Part shown: piece by piece, positions 45,245-54,262 of the stretch | Layout of the letters: each line of letters opens with the position of its first letter | Position numbering within the stretch: position 1 is the stretch's first letter | NCBI GenBank assembly: GCA_026393535.1 | Contig: JAPKZY010000107.1 | Location: forward strand, 781 to 64,780 | Length of the DNA: 64,000 nucleotides | Source of the DNA: Actinomycetota bacterium | GTDB taxonomy: Bacteria > Actinomycetota > Acidimicrobiia > Acidimicrobiales > Ilumatobacteraceae | Reading direction: 5' to 3' | Made by a program: the position numbers and the translations under genes | The notes under the pieces: generated by a model | Databases searched by the model: none | Seen by the model: the letters and a program-made list of their open reading frames with translations, nothing else | Told to the model about the DNA's origin: nothing

Positions 45245-46504
45245 ATGGCCTTTCAAAACCATGGGAGACACATGCCATTAGAACTAGATCTAGGACCTGC
45301 TGCACAAGCATTTCGTACTGAACTTCGTGAGTGGTTAAAGACCAACATTCCAAAGGAACTTATTGGTGTATCGGCCGATTCTCTTGCACGCGGCAATATG
45401 ACCGCAGCCGGAAAAGCATGGGTGAAGACACTCACTGATGCTGGATACATGTGTGTGTCATGGCCGAAGGAATACGGCGGTCGTGGACTCACTGGTATTG
45501 AAGTTGCTGTGATGAATGAGGAGTTCTCTCGCGCTGATGTTCCTCGTGTTACTCGTGGCATGGGTGAGTGGCTTGTTGGCCCGTCCATCATTGTGTGGGG
45601 AACCGATGAGCAGAAGAAAGAATTCTTGCCACGCATTATTGATGGCACACACCGATACTGCCAAGGTTTCTCAGAGCCCGATGCAGGTTCCGATCTTGCA
45701 AGTTTGAAAACTCGCGGAATCATCGACGGTGATGAAGTAGTTATCACTGGTCAAAAGGTGTGGACTTCAGGCGCAACCGAAGCAAACATGATGTTCTGCT
45801 TGTGCCGTACTGACCCTGACACTCCTAAGCATCAAGGCATTTCCTATGTTCTGTTGCCAATGTTTACGCCAGAAAAGAAGTCAAATGGCATCGAATTGCG
45901 TCCGATTCAACAGCCACACGGCGCATCGCATTTCACAGAGACGTTCATGACAGAGTCCCGTGCGCCCATCACCAACATCATTGGTGGCATGAACAATGGT
46001 TGGCGCGTCACCATGACAACACACGGAAACGAGCGCGGAGGAAATGCAACAACTCAGCACGTTGAATTCACTCGTCAGTTCTGGGACGGCGTCAAGCTTC
46101 TGAAAGAAAAGGGTCTCACTTCTGACCCTGTTGTTCGTCAAAACTTGGCATGGGCATTTTCACATGTTGAAATCATGCGTTTCCAAGGCCTGAAGTTGTT
46201 GTCCGAAGTCCTTGCACGTAAAGAGCCGGGACCTGCAGCATCAATCAACAAGATGTTTTGGTCAGAGTACGCACAGAAGTTCAGTACGTTCATGGTGAAT
46301 GCACGTGGAGCCGATTCCATGCTGATCGAGAACGACAAAGACGGTAAGTACGAAGTTGATCGCTGGATCGGTTCCATGTTCCAGCATCGTTCGTCCACCA
46401 TCTGGGGCGGAACTGCACAAGTGCAACGCAACATTGTGGGTGAACGAGTGTTGGGCCTGCCCAAAGAGCCAGACCCAACAAAACCTCGTCCGAACCCGAC
46501 CTAG
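45245..46504 (+). CDS. Acyl-CoA dehydrogenase family protein
   Basis: It contains YCQGFSEPDAGSDLASL, GQKVWTSGA and C-terminal IWGGTAQVQRNIVGERVLGLP. An alternative start is the ATG at 45272. Confidence 0.9.
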   Translation: MAFQNHGRHMPLELDLGPAAQAFRTELREWLKTNIPKELIGVSADSLARGNMTAAGKAWVKTLTDAGYMCVSWPKEYGGRGLTGIEVAVMNEEFSRADVPRVTRGMGEWLVGPSIIVWGTDEQKKEFLPRIIDGTHRYCQGFSEPDAGSDLASLKTRGIIDGDEVVITGQKVWTSGATEANMMFCLCRTDPDTPKHQGISYVLLPMFTPEKKSNGIELRPIQQPHGASHFTETFMTESRAPITNIIGGMNNGWRVTMTTHGNERGGNATTQHVEFTRQFWDGVKLLKEKGLTSDPVVRQNLAWAFSHVEIMRFQGLKLLSEVLARKEPGPAASINKMFWSEYAQKFSTFMVNARGADSMLIENDKDGKYEVDRWIGSMFQHRSSTIWGGTAQVQRNIVGERVLGLPKEPDPTKPRPNPT

Positions 46505-47178
46505 ACCTCGTCGTCTTCTTCGGCGTGTTTGCCGGTCTCAAACGCTGTTCCCCGAACAGTGTCTTCCTTGCGGCGCTTCTTCTCGCGCATATTGGAGACC
46601 GCGTCAGACGTGCTTGAGAACGCAAGACGAGCATTCTTGCCGTCTCGCTTCCACTGTTGTGTATCGCCGGAGTGAATGCCCATTTGTGCGGCATCGGCAT
46701 AGGCATCAATTCCAGCTGAAAGATAAATGAATGACCAACCGTCCTGGGTGCGCTTTTCGATCAGTTCCCGAATTTGCGCCAGATTGAATTCGCGGCTTTG
46801 ATTTTCTTCGCCGTCAGTGATGGTGACGAAGATGATGTCCTCGGCCTGTAATCCCGCAGCGATGCGAGCTGATTGATCGACCATGGTGCGCCCAATCAGT
46901 AGCCCAGTTGCGTCGAGAAGAGGCGTACCACCGCGGGGTTCAAACGTTTGTGAATCCAGGTGAGTGATCTCGGGAAGAGGGGCTCCCCAGATCGTGACAT
47001 CCTGCGGATCTTGCGAATCGAACTGCACGATGGTCATTCGTGCATCTGCTCCGTTACGAATCTGCTCGTCGATGAATGTGTTGAAGCCACCGATTACATC
47101 GTTAGCGATGGGAGCCATAGAGCCAGATCTGTCGATGAGGGTGACGAGGTGAGTTGAGTTCGGGGTAGTAGTGGACAC
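46501..47178 (-). CDS. Stand-alone von Willebrand factor type A (VWA) domain protein
   Basis: MIDAS elements are DRSGS, GGTPL and TDGEEN. The start is a GTG at 47178 preceded by AAGGAG. The C-terminus is charged. Confidence 0.75.
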   Translation of the reverse strand: MSTTTPNSTHLVTLIDRSGSMAPIANDVIGGFNTFIDEQIRNGADARMTIVQFDSQDPQDVTIWGAPLPEITHLDSQTFEPRGGTPLLDATGLLIGRTMVDQSARIAAGLQAEDIIFVTITDGEENQSREFNLAQIRELIEKRTQDGWSFIYLSAGIDAYADAAQMGIHSGDTQQWKRDGKNARLAFSSTSDAVSNMREKKRRKEDTVRGTAFETGKHAEEDDEV

Positions 47179-47190
47179 GGGATCTCCTTA

Positions 47191-47220
47191 TGTAGAGCCA
47201 CCATTAAGGTGGTATCTACA
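47191..47220. promoter_or_regulatory. 30-bp imperfect palindrome between the NrtR-like gene stop and the VWA ribosome-binding site
   Basis: In TGTAGAGCCACCATTAAGGTGGTATCTACA the outer arms are TGTAGA/TCTACA and the inner arms CCACC/GGTGG. It could be an operator or an RNA hairpin/terminator. Confidence 0.4.
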
Positions 47221-47239
47221 ATAATAGGGCAGGGGTGTG

Positions 47240-48043
47240 TCAGCGCTTTTTAGAGGTGCCAGCAGGGCGGACTTTGTCCAGATTCCGGCGAAATCGAATC
47301 TGCGTGGAGAGCTGATTGGTCTTGCCAGATTTATACATCTGTGCAGGGCGTCCTGGTGCGCTTCCGAAATCGGAAAATTCGTCTAGAGGCGTGATGAAAT
47401 CAGAAGTCAAAGCAACTTTTCTGCGGAAATTTGCTGGATCGACTTTGTACTGCAGGAAAGATTCGTACACCTTACGCAATTCGGTCATGGTGAATTTTGG
47501 TTTACAAAAGCTGAGAGCCACATTCGTATCTTCCAACATATTCCTCGCCACCTTTCGTGCCGCGTAAATAATGTTGCTGTGGTCGAACTCAAGAAGTCTG
47601 TTGTCACGTAAAGATCTGTATGAGACGAAGCTTGCAGCGTCTGAATATTTGATTGGTCGCAATTCAGACGGGTGGGGGACTAGCGCCATGTAGGCAATGG
47701 CAATGGCGCGGAATCTATTGTCTCTGTCTGGGTCACCATAGGTCCCGACTTGGTGTAAGTCGCGTGGTTTCAGAGTGAGTCCAGTTTCTTCTCTCACTTT
47801 GCGAATAGAAGTGTGTTCGAGTTTCTCGTTGTCATCCACCAGACCACCAGGCAATGCCCACTTCCCCTTGGAGCCACCTGGCCGTTTCATGACGAGAACT
47901 TCTAGTCGATCTTCTGGTTCAAGTAATCGGTCGGGATTTATCGTGAATACGACTGTGTCTACATAGACAAAAAAATCTAACTGTTTGGTTCGTTGCTGTT
48001 TATTCACAGATTCATCGTACTCAATTAGGTACTTATAACCCAT
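47240..48043 (-). CDS. NrtR-like protein: N-terminal Nudix domain plus C-terminal winged-helix DNA-binding domain
   Basis: The Nudix box is GGLVDDNEKLEHTSIRKVREETGL, which fits Gx5Ex7R(E->K)VxEETGL. The C-terminal FTMTELRKVYESFLQYKVDPANFRRKV is typical of NrtR wHTH domains. I chose ATG at 48043; the longer track ORF extends over the divergent gene. Confidence 0.65.
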   Translation of the reverse strand: MGYKYLIEYDESVNKQQRTKQLDFFVYVDTVVFTINPDRLLEPEDRLEVLVMKRPGGSKGKWALPGGLVDDNEKLEHTSIRKVREETGLTLKPRDLHQVGTYGDPDRDNRFRAIAIAYMALVPHPSELRPIKYSDAASFVSYRSLRDNRLLEFDHSNIIYAARKVARNMLEDTNVALSFCKPKFTMTELRKVYESFLQYKVDPANFRRKVALTSDFITPLDEFSDFGSAPGRPAQMYKSGKTNQLSTQIRFRRNLDKVRPAGTSKKR

Positions 48044-48091
48044 ACATTGCGATAGCGGGTGTGGCCGGCTTCGGTTAAGTAGGGTGTCTGT

Positions 48092-49837
48092 GTGGTCCTG
48101 ACAGCAATACAACAGCTCGACCAGCGGCTTCACAAGAATCGCGCTAGTGAACCGTCGTCTTTGCAGACGAGGATCGTTTTGTTTGTGGCTGTCGTCTGTG
48201 GAATCTTTATGGCCAGTGTTGCTCTGCGCCAGGCTGGCCCAACAGTTCATCCCGATGAATGGGGTTTCTTATCGAATGGTCAGGTATTGATTGGTCATAC
48301 TGAGGCACCCATTCCTACTGGCAGTTTTTATCCGGCTGGCTACGGATTAGTGACCGGACTTGGCGCGCTAGTCACAGGTTCTTTGCCCGGCGCATATCGG
48401 TTTGCCCTCCTGGCGAACGTCGTGCTGGCCATCCTTACTAGCTGGTTTGCCGGACGACTTGCTGTGCAGGGTTTTGGCGCATCGAAGCCAATGGGTCGTT
48501 TGGTTTCGGCTCTTGTATTTGTTTTGCCGGGAACCATTGTGACGGCGATGTTTGCATGGCCGGAGACTGCCTCTCGACTTGCGTTCTTGGTGTTCATTTC
48601 TCTCGTGATAACGGTTGCCAAGAATCGATCCACGATGCAAGTCGTCGGACTTGGCTTGTTTACGGGTCTCATGCCTGCGTTGCACGGCCGCTTTACATTG
48701 CTTATCCCTGTGGTCGGGTTGGTGTTCCTGTTGTGGGGGATACAACGACTGATCTCTCGACGTGTCGCACTGCTGGCGTTGTTCGTCACGGCTATCGGAT
48801 ACGAAGGCTCTCGTTTGTTGAATCAGTTCGTGAAGCGGTCGTTGTACGAGGCTTCATATAACCAAGAGAGCCGTCTCCTGCGTCGTCTGTTTAATCCCTC
48901 CGTGTGGCCGGCGCTGTTGCGCACGATGGCTGGTCAAACGTGGTACCTCACCGCAACATCATGTGGTTTAGTTGGTGTAGGTATTGCATTTGCAATGTGG
49001 CGTATTCGATCTGAAGGTGGTGTACGTACGGTGCATGCAGACCCACAACGCCTTGGGCTTCTTGTGTTGCTCGCGAGTTCACTTCTCGTGATCTTTACTG
49101 GCGGATTGCAATTGTTGTACGGCGCTCGTGGAGATCATTTGATTTACGGGCGCTATGTAGAAATTCTGGTTCCTGCACTTTTGGTAGTTGCATGCGTTGG
49201 GATTGAGAAATCTTTTGTGCTCGCTCAACGGGCGTGGTTGTTGACTGGATTATTCGTCGGTGCTTTATCACTCATCTATGTATTGATTGACAGGGGAGAT
49301 GGAGTCAAAGGCGGATACTCACGAAACGACATCGTGTTCCCCAACATCGTTGGTACGGATGTCGTGCGTTATTTGGTGACGCCTAGCCTTGTCAATTTTG
49401 GCGCAGTGTTTGTACTGGCCGCTTTAGTGTTGTGGACTGTGTCGCGCCGGCATGGAACGTGGTCTGTTGTCGTGCTCACTGTTGCATTGGCGGCGGGTTC
49501 TATGTATTCAGGATCCCGCAGTATTCTCAGTCGCACAGATGACTTGGTAGCTGTTAGTCAGACTTTGGCCAAGGTAAAGGATTCGGGTACTCAACTAGTC
49601 GGTTTTGACATGGGCGTTCGTAATGACAGGTCGTACTATTACTTGCGCTACAAACTGCATCCGATCAAAATTGTTCGTTTTGATATTTCGGGCCCAGATG
49701 CAGTGATTCCAGCCGAGTACAGATGCGTCTATGGCATGCCGAACAAGCCGCCAACTGATGGTCAATGGGCCATCGTCGCAGACGAGGTGGTGCTCCAACG
49801 GGTACTGTTTCAAAGGGTTGGAACGACCCAATGCTAA
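48092..49837 (+). CDS. GT-C-fold-like polytopic membrane glycosyltransferase candidate (ArnT/PMT-like architecture)
   Basis: It has more than 10 predicted TM helices, an acidic DE motif in the first extracytoplasmic loop (HPDEWGF) and a soluble C-terminal domain. It lies immediately upstream of a GtrB/DPM1-like GT2 gene. The call rests on architecture only. Confidence 0.5.
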   Translation: MVLTAIQQLDQRLHKNRASEPSSLQTRIVLFVAVVCGIFMASVALRQAGPTVHPDEWGFLSNGQVLIGHTEAPIPTGSFYPAGYGLVTGLGALVTGSLPGAYRFALLANVVLAILTSWFAGRLAVQGFGASKPMGRLVSALVFVLPGTIVTAMFAWPETASRLAFLVFISLVITVAKNRSTMQVVGLGLFTGLMPALHGRFTLLIPVVGLVFLLWGIQRLISRRVALLALFVTAIGYEGSRLLNQFVKRSLYEASYNQESRLLRRLFNPSVWPALLRTMAGQTWYLTATSCGLVGVGIAFAMWRIRSEGGVRTVHADPQRLGLLVLLASSLLVIFTGGLQLLYGARGDHLIYGRYVEILVPALLVVACVGIEKSFVLAQRAWLLTGLFVGALSLIYVLIDRGDGVKGGYSRNDIVFPNIVGTDVVRYLVTPSLVNFGAVFVLAALVLWTVSRRHGTWSVVVLTVALAAGSMYSGSRSILSRTDDLVAVSQTLAKVKDSGTQLVGFDMGVRNDRSYYYLRYKLHPIKIVRFDISGPDAVIPAEYRCVYGMPNKPPTDGQWAIVADEVVLQRVLFQRVGTTQC

Positions 49838-49856
49838 TGAGAGAGATGTCGACACA

Positions 49857-50759
49857 ATGACCTATAGCCCCGACCAATGCGACGTCAGCGTTGTTCTTCC
49901 TGTCTATAACGAAAAAGGCCACTTGCGTGCCGAGATTGACCGAGTACGAGCAGCACTGACTGCGTCACGCTTTAGTTTCGAGATCATTGTCGTTGACGAT
50001 GGTTCAAGTGATGGTTCTGAAAAAGAACTTCCCACAATTCCTGGCATCACATTGATTCGCCATCGCCAGAACCAGGGCAGTGGCTCTGCGCGTCGCACTG
50101 GCACTACAGCTGCACGCGGACGGATTATCGTGTGGACAGATGTCGATATGACCTATCCGAATGACCTGATACCAGAATTGGTCGAAGCGATGGATGGCTA
50201 CGACCACATCGTTGGCTGGCGCCAGTCTGAAGAGGGGACACTGAAGTTCCTGCGTACTCCCGCTAAGTGGATCATCCGTAAGTTGGCTAGTTATCTTTCA
50301 GAGACTGATATCAAAGATTTGAATTCCGGTTTACGGGCATTTCGACGTGATGTAGCGATGCAGTATGTGCATGAACTGCCCAAAGGTTTTTCATGTGTCA
50401 CGACCTTGACGATGTCGTTTCTTGGAAACGGTTACAAGATTGCGTTTTTCCCAATTCAATATTTCCCGCGCGCCGGAAGTTCGAAGTTCCATTGGTTGAA
50501 AGATACGCGACGGTACATTCTGCAGGTTGTCAGAATGACGTTGTCGTATAATCCACTCAAAGTGTTCTTGCCGCTCGGTCTTGCATTGCTTTCTCTCGGA
50601 TTTATCAAGCTCGGATTTGACTGGGCCGGACGCGATTTCAAGCTTGCTGCCAACACTCTCCTTGTCTTCTTTGCAGCTTTGCAAGTGATAACCGTCGGAC
50701 TACTGGCCGATCTTGTCGTGCGTGCCACCAAGGCGCCTACCTCTGTTCCTCCTGCGTAA
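49857..50759 (+). CDS. Family 2 glycosyltransferase, polyprenyl-phosphate sugar synthase type (GtrB/ArnC/DPM1-like)
   Basis: It contains VVLPVYNEKGHL, VDDGSSDGS and DVDMTY (DxD), plus two C-terminal TM helices. The ATG at 49857 was verified. Confidence 0.85.
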   Translation: MTYSPDQCDVSVVLPVYNEKGHLRAEIDRVRAALTASRFSFEIIVVDDGSSDGSEKELPTIPGITLIRHRQNQGSGSARRTGTTAARGRIIVWTDVDMTYPNDLIPELVEAMDGYDHIVGWRQSEEGTLKFLRTPAKWIIRKLASYLSETDIKDLNSGLRAFRRDVAMQYVHELPKGFSCVTTLTMSFLGNGYKIAFFPIQYFPRAGSSKFHWLKDTRRYILQVVRMTLSYNPLKVFLPLGLALLSLGFIKLGFDWAGRDFKLAANTLLVFFAALQVITVGLLADLVVRATKAPTSVPPA

Positions 50760-50771
50760 GCGATAACCGTT

Positions 50772-52007
50772 GTGCCTCAACCGGTTCGTATAGCAATAAT
50801 CGGTGCAGCGCTGTCTGCCAATAAGGGTGCAGCAGCAATGGTTGAGTCAGTGATGGCGCGGTTACCTAATGAGATGGGTGAGTGTCACTTTGACATTCTC
50901 ACTACGTACCCAGATGCTGATGCCTCGCGGTTGCCGGTAGGCGCAGACGCATCAATTGTGGGTCTTCAACCATTGCGGCTTGCCTTGGTGGAATTTCCCA
51001 TTGCATGTTTGGCTTTTCTGATGCGAAAGCTTCGACTGCCACTGTTCTTGGTTCGTTCACGGGGCTGCAAATCAATGTTGGATGCCGCAGTCGTTGTTGA
51101 CGTGGCGGGAATTAGTTTTGCTGATGGTCGTGGATTCGCAATTGTTGTCTACAACGCTTTGATGACTGGCGTTCCGCTCTTGCTTGGTGTACCCACGGTG
51201 AAAGCTGCACAGGCTCTTGGACCATTTCAGTCATTTCCCAATAAATTGCTAGCGCCATTGGTATTGCGTCGAGTTAATACCGTATGTGCGCGAGGGGCTC
51301 GCACACGTGAACATCTTGATTCATTGGGTGGCGTTAATACAGTTGACGTTGCAGATCTGGCATTTTCACTTGATGAGGCCGCGCGCTTTCCAGATGCTGT
51401 CTCTGCGGCGCTCGACACAATAGATATGAATTTTATTGTTGTCATGCCTAGTGCTGTAGTACGTGGCATATACGAATCCACTGGAGGGAATTATGTATCG
51501 GCGATGGCGGCTTTAGTGGCTGACATTCGACACAAGACTGGTTGCAGTGTTGTCATTGCTCCTCACTCGTATCGAGCAGGGCTACCTGAGGGCCGAATGA
51601 ATGATGGCCCGGTCTGTCGTGAAGTTGCCGAAGCATGTTCTGGAGATTCTCAGGTGCTTGGTCTTGATTTTGATCTCACCGCCGGTGAATTGCGACATCT
51701 GGTTGCTCATAGTTCTGTTCTAGTGACCTCGCGATTTCACGCCATGATCTCTGGGCTTGCCACGTCGACTCCGACAGTTGTTATCGGATGGAGCCATAAG
51801 TACAAGGAAGTTCTTGACGATTTCGGATTGTCTTCATTGGGTCTTGATTCATCGGCCTTAAGTGAACCATCTAAGATCGCTGACATCGTCACGAATGTGC
51901 TTGCATCAAGAGATGAAATGTCTCAACAAATTTCTGAGGCACTTCCAGCGGTGAAGATTCGCTCGCTCCGTAATTTTACCGCTATCGCAGAGGCGGCGGC
52001 CCGATGA
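50772..52007 (+). CDS. Polysaccharide pyruvyl transferase family protein (CsaB/WcaK-like)
   Basis: It has an N-terminal IAIIGAALSANKGAAAM and the C-terminal signature VTSRFHAMISGLATSTPTVVIGWSHKY. The start is a GTG. Confidence 0.75.
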   Translation: MPQPVRIAIIGAALSANKGAAAMVESVMARLPNEMGECHFDILTTYPDADASRLPVGADASIVGLQPLRLALVEFPIACLAFLMRKLRLPLFLVRSRGCKSMLDAAVVVDVAGISFADGRGFAIVVYNALMTGVPLLLGVPTVKAAQALGPFQSFPNKLLAPLVLRRVNTVCARGARTREHLDSLGGVNTVDVADLAFSLDEAARFPDAVSAALDTIDMNFIVVMPSAVVRGIYESTGGNYVSAMAALVADIRHKTGCSVVIAPHSYRAGLPEGRMNDGPVCREVAEACSGDSQVLGLDFDLTAGELRHLVAHSSVLVTSRFHAMISGLATSTPTVVIGWSHKYKEVLDDFGLSSLGLDSSALSEPSKIADIVTNVLASRDEMSQQISEALPAVKIRSLRNFTAIAEAAAR

Positions 52008-53359
52008 ATGTAACGACTGACCTATCTGGTGTCATTGCCTCTGGCATGTGCATTGGCTGTGGTGCCTGCGAGATGGCCGACTCGTCTGTTCGAGTGTCGC
52101 TGAATCCGAAGAAACTGATCTTTGAACCAGAAACTCCTGGGTCTCAGGCTGCAGCAGATGTATGTCCTGCTGTTGCGGTTGATTATGAGGGTCTACAGAA
52201 GTATCTGTTCCCTGATTCAGCAATTGGTGCATACGGCGTCGTTCGGTCCGTGCACTTGTCGCAAAGCACGAACAGCGCACGAAACATCGCGGCCAGTTCT
52301 GGTGGCCTGATTAAGGAAGTACTGCGCAATGTCTTGTCATCAGGGGATATAGACGGCGTGATTGCACTTGACCATGTGGCAGGAATTGATTTCGCAGCGC
52401 GTCTGGTTACTACGCCTGAAGATGTCGATACCTTGCCCGGTTCGATTTATCACAACCTCAAACAAACTCCTGCGTTACAGATTTTGCGAGACACGCCGGG
52501 ACGTTTTGCGTTAGTAGCCATACCGTGCCAGTTGGAAGGCATGTACTCGTGGATTCGCGCTCAGGCGCCTGAACTACGAGACAAGATTGTGCTGACTGTC
52601 GGACTGTTGTGCGGATGGCAGTATTCACACCACAGCATTAACGCAATGGGCGAGTATCTGGGTTACGACCCTGCAAACATTTCTGATATTTCATATCGTG
52701 GTGGCGGTCCAGTAGGGAAGCTAACTGTTACCACTACAGATGGTGAGGTCTACACCGCTAGTCGCCGTGTCGATTTCGGTTATCAAGTCGCTTTCGATAG
52801 GCACTTCAATACGAATCGCTGTCATGTGTGCATTAACCATTCGAACTTCCTTGCTGATCTGGTTGTGGGTGATGCTTGGTTGCCGAGCACCGTATTTACG
52901 AAAACCGGAGTGAGTCTTGTTGTGTGTCGCACGGAATTTGCAGAGACTGTGTTGAAGCGATTGGTTGACAGCGGATCATGTGTCTCAATTGAGGTCTGTG
53001 AAGACGAGATTCGCGAATCCCAAACCGACCGAGTCATCTTCGGTGAGTTCGCGTATGCATATGCAGCGTTCCTGCAGAACTTGGGTCTGCATACGCCCCA
53101 ACTTGTGGGCCCAAACCACGGCTTCGGCACCTTGAAGCCGGAACGTCAAGTTGCCTCGTTTCATCGCGAGTTGGTGCGTAAGCAAACGCTGATGGCTGCC
53201 AAGCGTTATCGCTACATGAAATGGCGCAAAGGTACCCGCGAGCTACGTAGTTACATCATGCGATACGTGCGTTGGTTCTTAGTGCGCATTCTGCGCGTGA
53301 AGAGTTTGAGTGGCCAACGTAAGGAAATAGCGAAGGATCGCTTTTCAGGATTTCGCTGA
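52004..53359 (+). CDS. Coenzyme F420 hydrogenase/dehydrogenase beta-subunit-like (FrhB family) Fe-S flavoprotein
   Basis: It has an N-terminal CIGCGACE cluster motif and the FrhB-like N and C regions. This is the family that commonly pairs with polysaccharide pyruvyl transferases. It overlaps the previous gene in an ATGA arrangement. Confidence 0.7.
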   Translation: MNVTTDLSGVIASGMCIGCGACEMADSSVRVSLNPKKLIFEPETPGSQAAADVCPAVAVDYEGLQKYLFPDSAIGAYGVVRSVHLSQSTNSARNIAASSGGLIKEVLRNVLSSGDIDGVIALDHVAGIDFAARLVTTPEDVDTLPGSIYHNLKQTPALQILRDTPGRFALVAIPCQLEGMYSWIRAQAPELRDKIVLTVGLLCGWQYSHHSINAMGEYLGYDPANISDISYRGGGPVGKLTVTTTDGEVYTASRRVDFGYQVAFDRHFNTNRCHVCINHSNFLADLVVGDAWLPSTVFTKTGVSLVVCRTEFAETVLKRLVDSGSCVSIEVCEDEIRESQTDRVIFGEFAYAYAAFLQNLGLHTPQLVGPNHGFGTLKPERQVASFHRELVRKQTLMAAKRYRYMKWRKGTRELRSYIMRYVRWFLVRILRVKSLSGQRKEIAKDRFSGFR

Positions 53360-54262
53360 ACTATTCAGTCGGGAAATTACGTTTGATATCAGTGCGCCGC
53401 TGAGATCGACGGCGATAAAAACAACTCGACTCATAAGTGCAAGTGACACTGCCATCGGAGTGCCAATGATGCCTCCCGCAAGAGATGTAAACACGGCTTC
53501 GCGAACGCCAATTCCTCCGGGTACGCCGACCACAACAAAGCCCGCGAGCCACGAAGTGGTGGTGATGAAGAGCATGTCGGCTATGCCGATGTTGGCACCA
53601 AAAGCTGTTGCCGTTACTGATGTCGAAAGTGACATCAATAACCAGGCCGGGATATGCAGCACGGTTAGTCGCACAAGCCGCTGTGGGTCTGTGAGTGATG
53701 ATGCTGAAGATGAGATTCGTGATGCGACACGAATAATTACGGCACGAAGAGACGGTTGCGAGAAAGATGCATATGCGGCCATGAGAGCAATAGCAATCAG
53801 AATTGCAATGAGTCGGTGACCTGTTGTTGCGGCTGCTCCAATTCCTATTGTCACGACAGCCGCTGCGTACGTTGTGACTAGAGAAAGTCCAGTTGAGGCA
53901 TACGCATCAATACGAGGAATTCCATTTCGTACAGCAAGCTCTGCGCGCCCAACGATGGGCCAGATTCCGCCTGGCACATACTTTCCCAATTGGCCGGTGA
54001 AATACCAGGACATGGCATTGCGATGACGCACATTGTGTGAGCGGGCAACGATCATCGTGACCCAGATCCATCCGATCGATGTCATGGCCGCAAGACCTAG
54101 GAGAAGGCTCAGAACCAGATTGATGGCATCTACTTGACTAAAAGCATCACTGACTTCGTCCCACTTGGATATCAAGGTTCGCGCGACAAAGGCAACGCCT
54201 GCAATTCCGATAGCAATACCTAACAGTGAACTGATGCGCGCAAGAACGGGTCGCGAAATCAT
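53345..54262 (-). CDS. UPF0104 / lysylphosphatidylglycerol-synthase TM-region (flippase-like) membrane protein
   Basis: It is polytopic and carries the signature GQLGKYVPGGIWPIVGRAE. It overlaps the upstream nitrilase-family gene (ATGA). Its 3' end overlaps the convergent FrhB-like gene by 15 nt. Confidence 0.7.
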   Translation of the reverse strand: MISRPVLARISSLLGIAIGIAGVAFVARTLISKWDEVSDAFSQVDAINLVLSLLLGLAAMTSIGWIWVTMIVARSHNVRHRNAMSWYFTGQLGKYVPGGIWPIVGRAELAVRNGIPRIDAYASTGLSLVTTYAAAVVTIGIGAAATTGHRLIAILIAIALMAAYASFSQPSLRAVIIRVASRISSSASSLTDPQRLVRLTVLHIPAWLLMSLSTSVTATAFGANIGIADMLFITTTSWLAGFVVVGVPGGIGVREAVFTSLAGGIIGTPMAVSLALMSRVVFIAVDLSGALISNVISRLNSSAKS

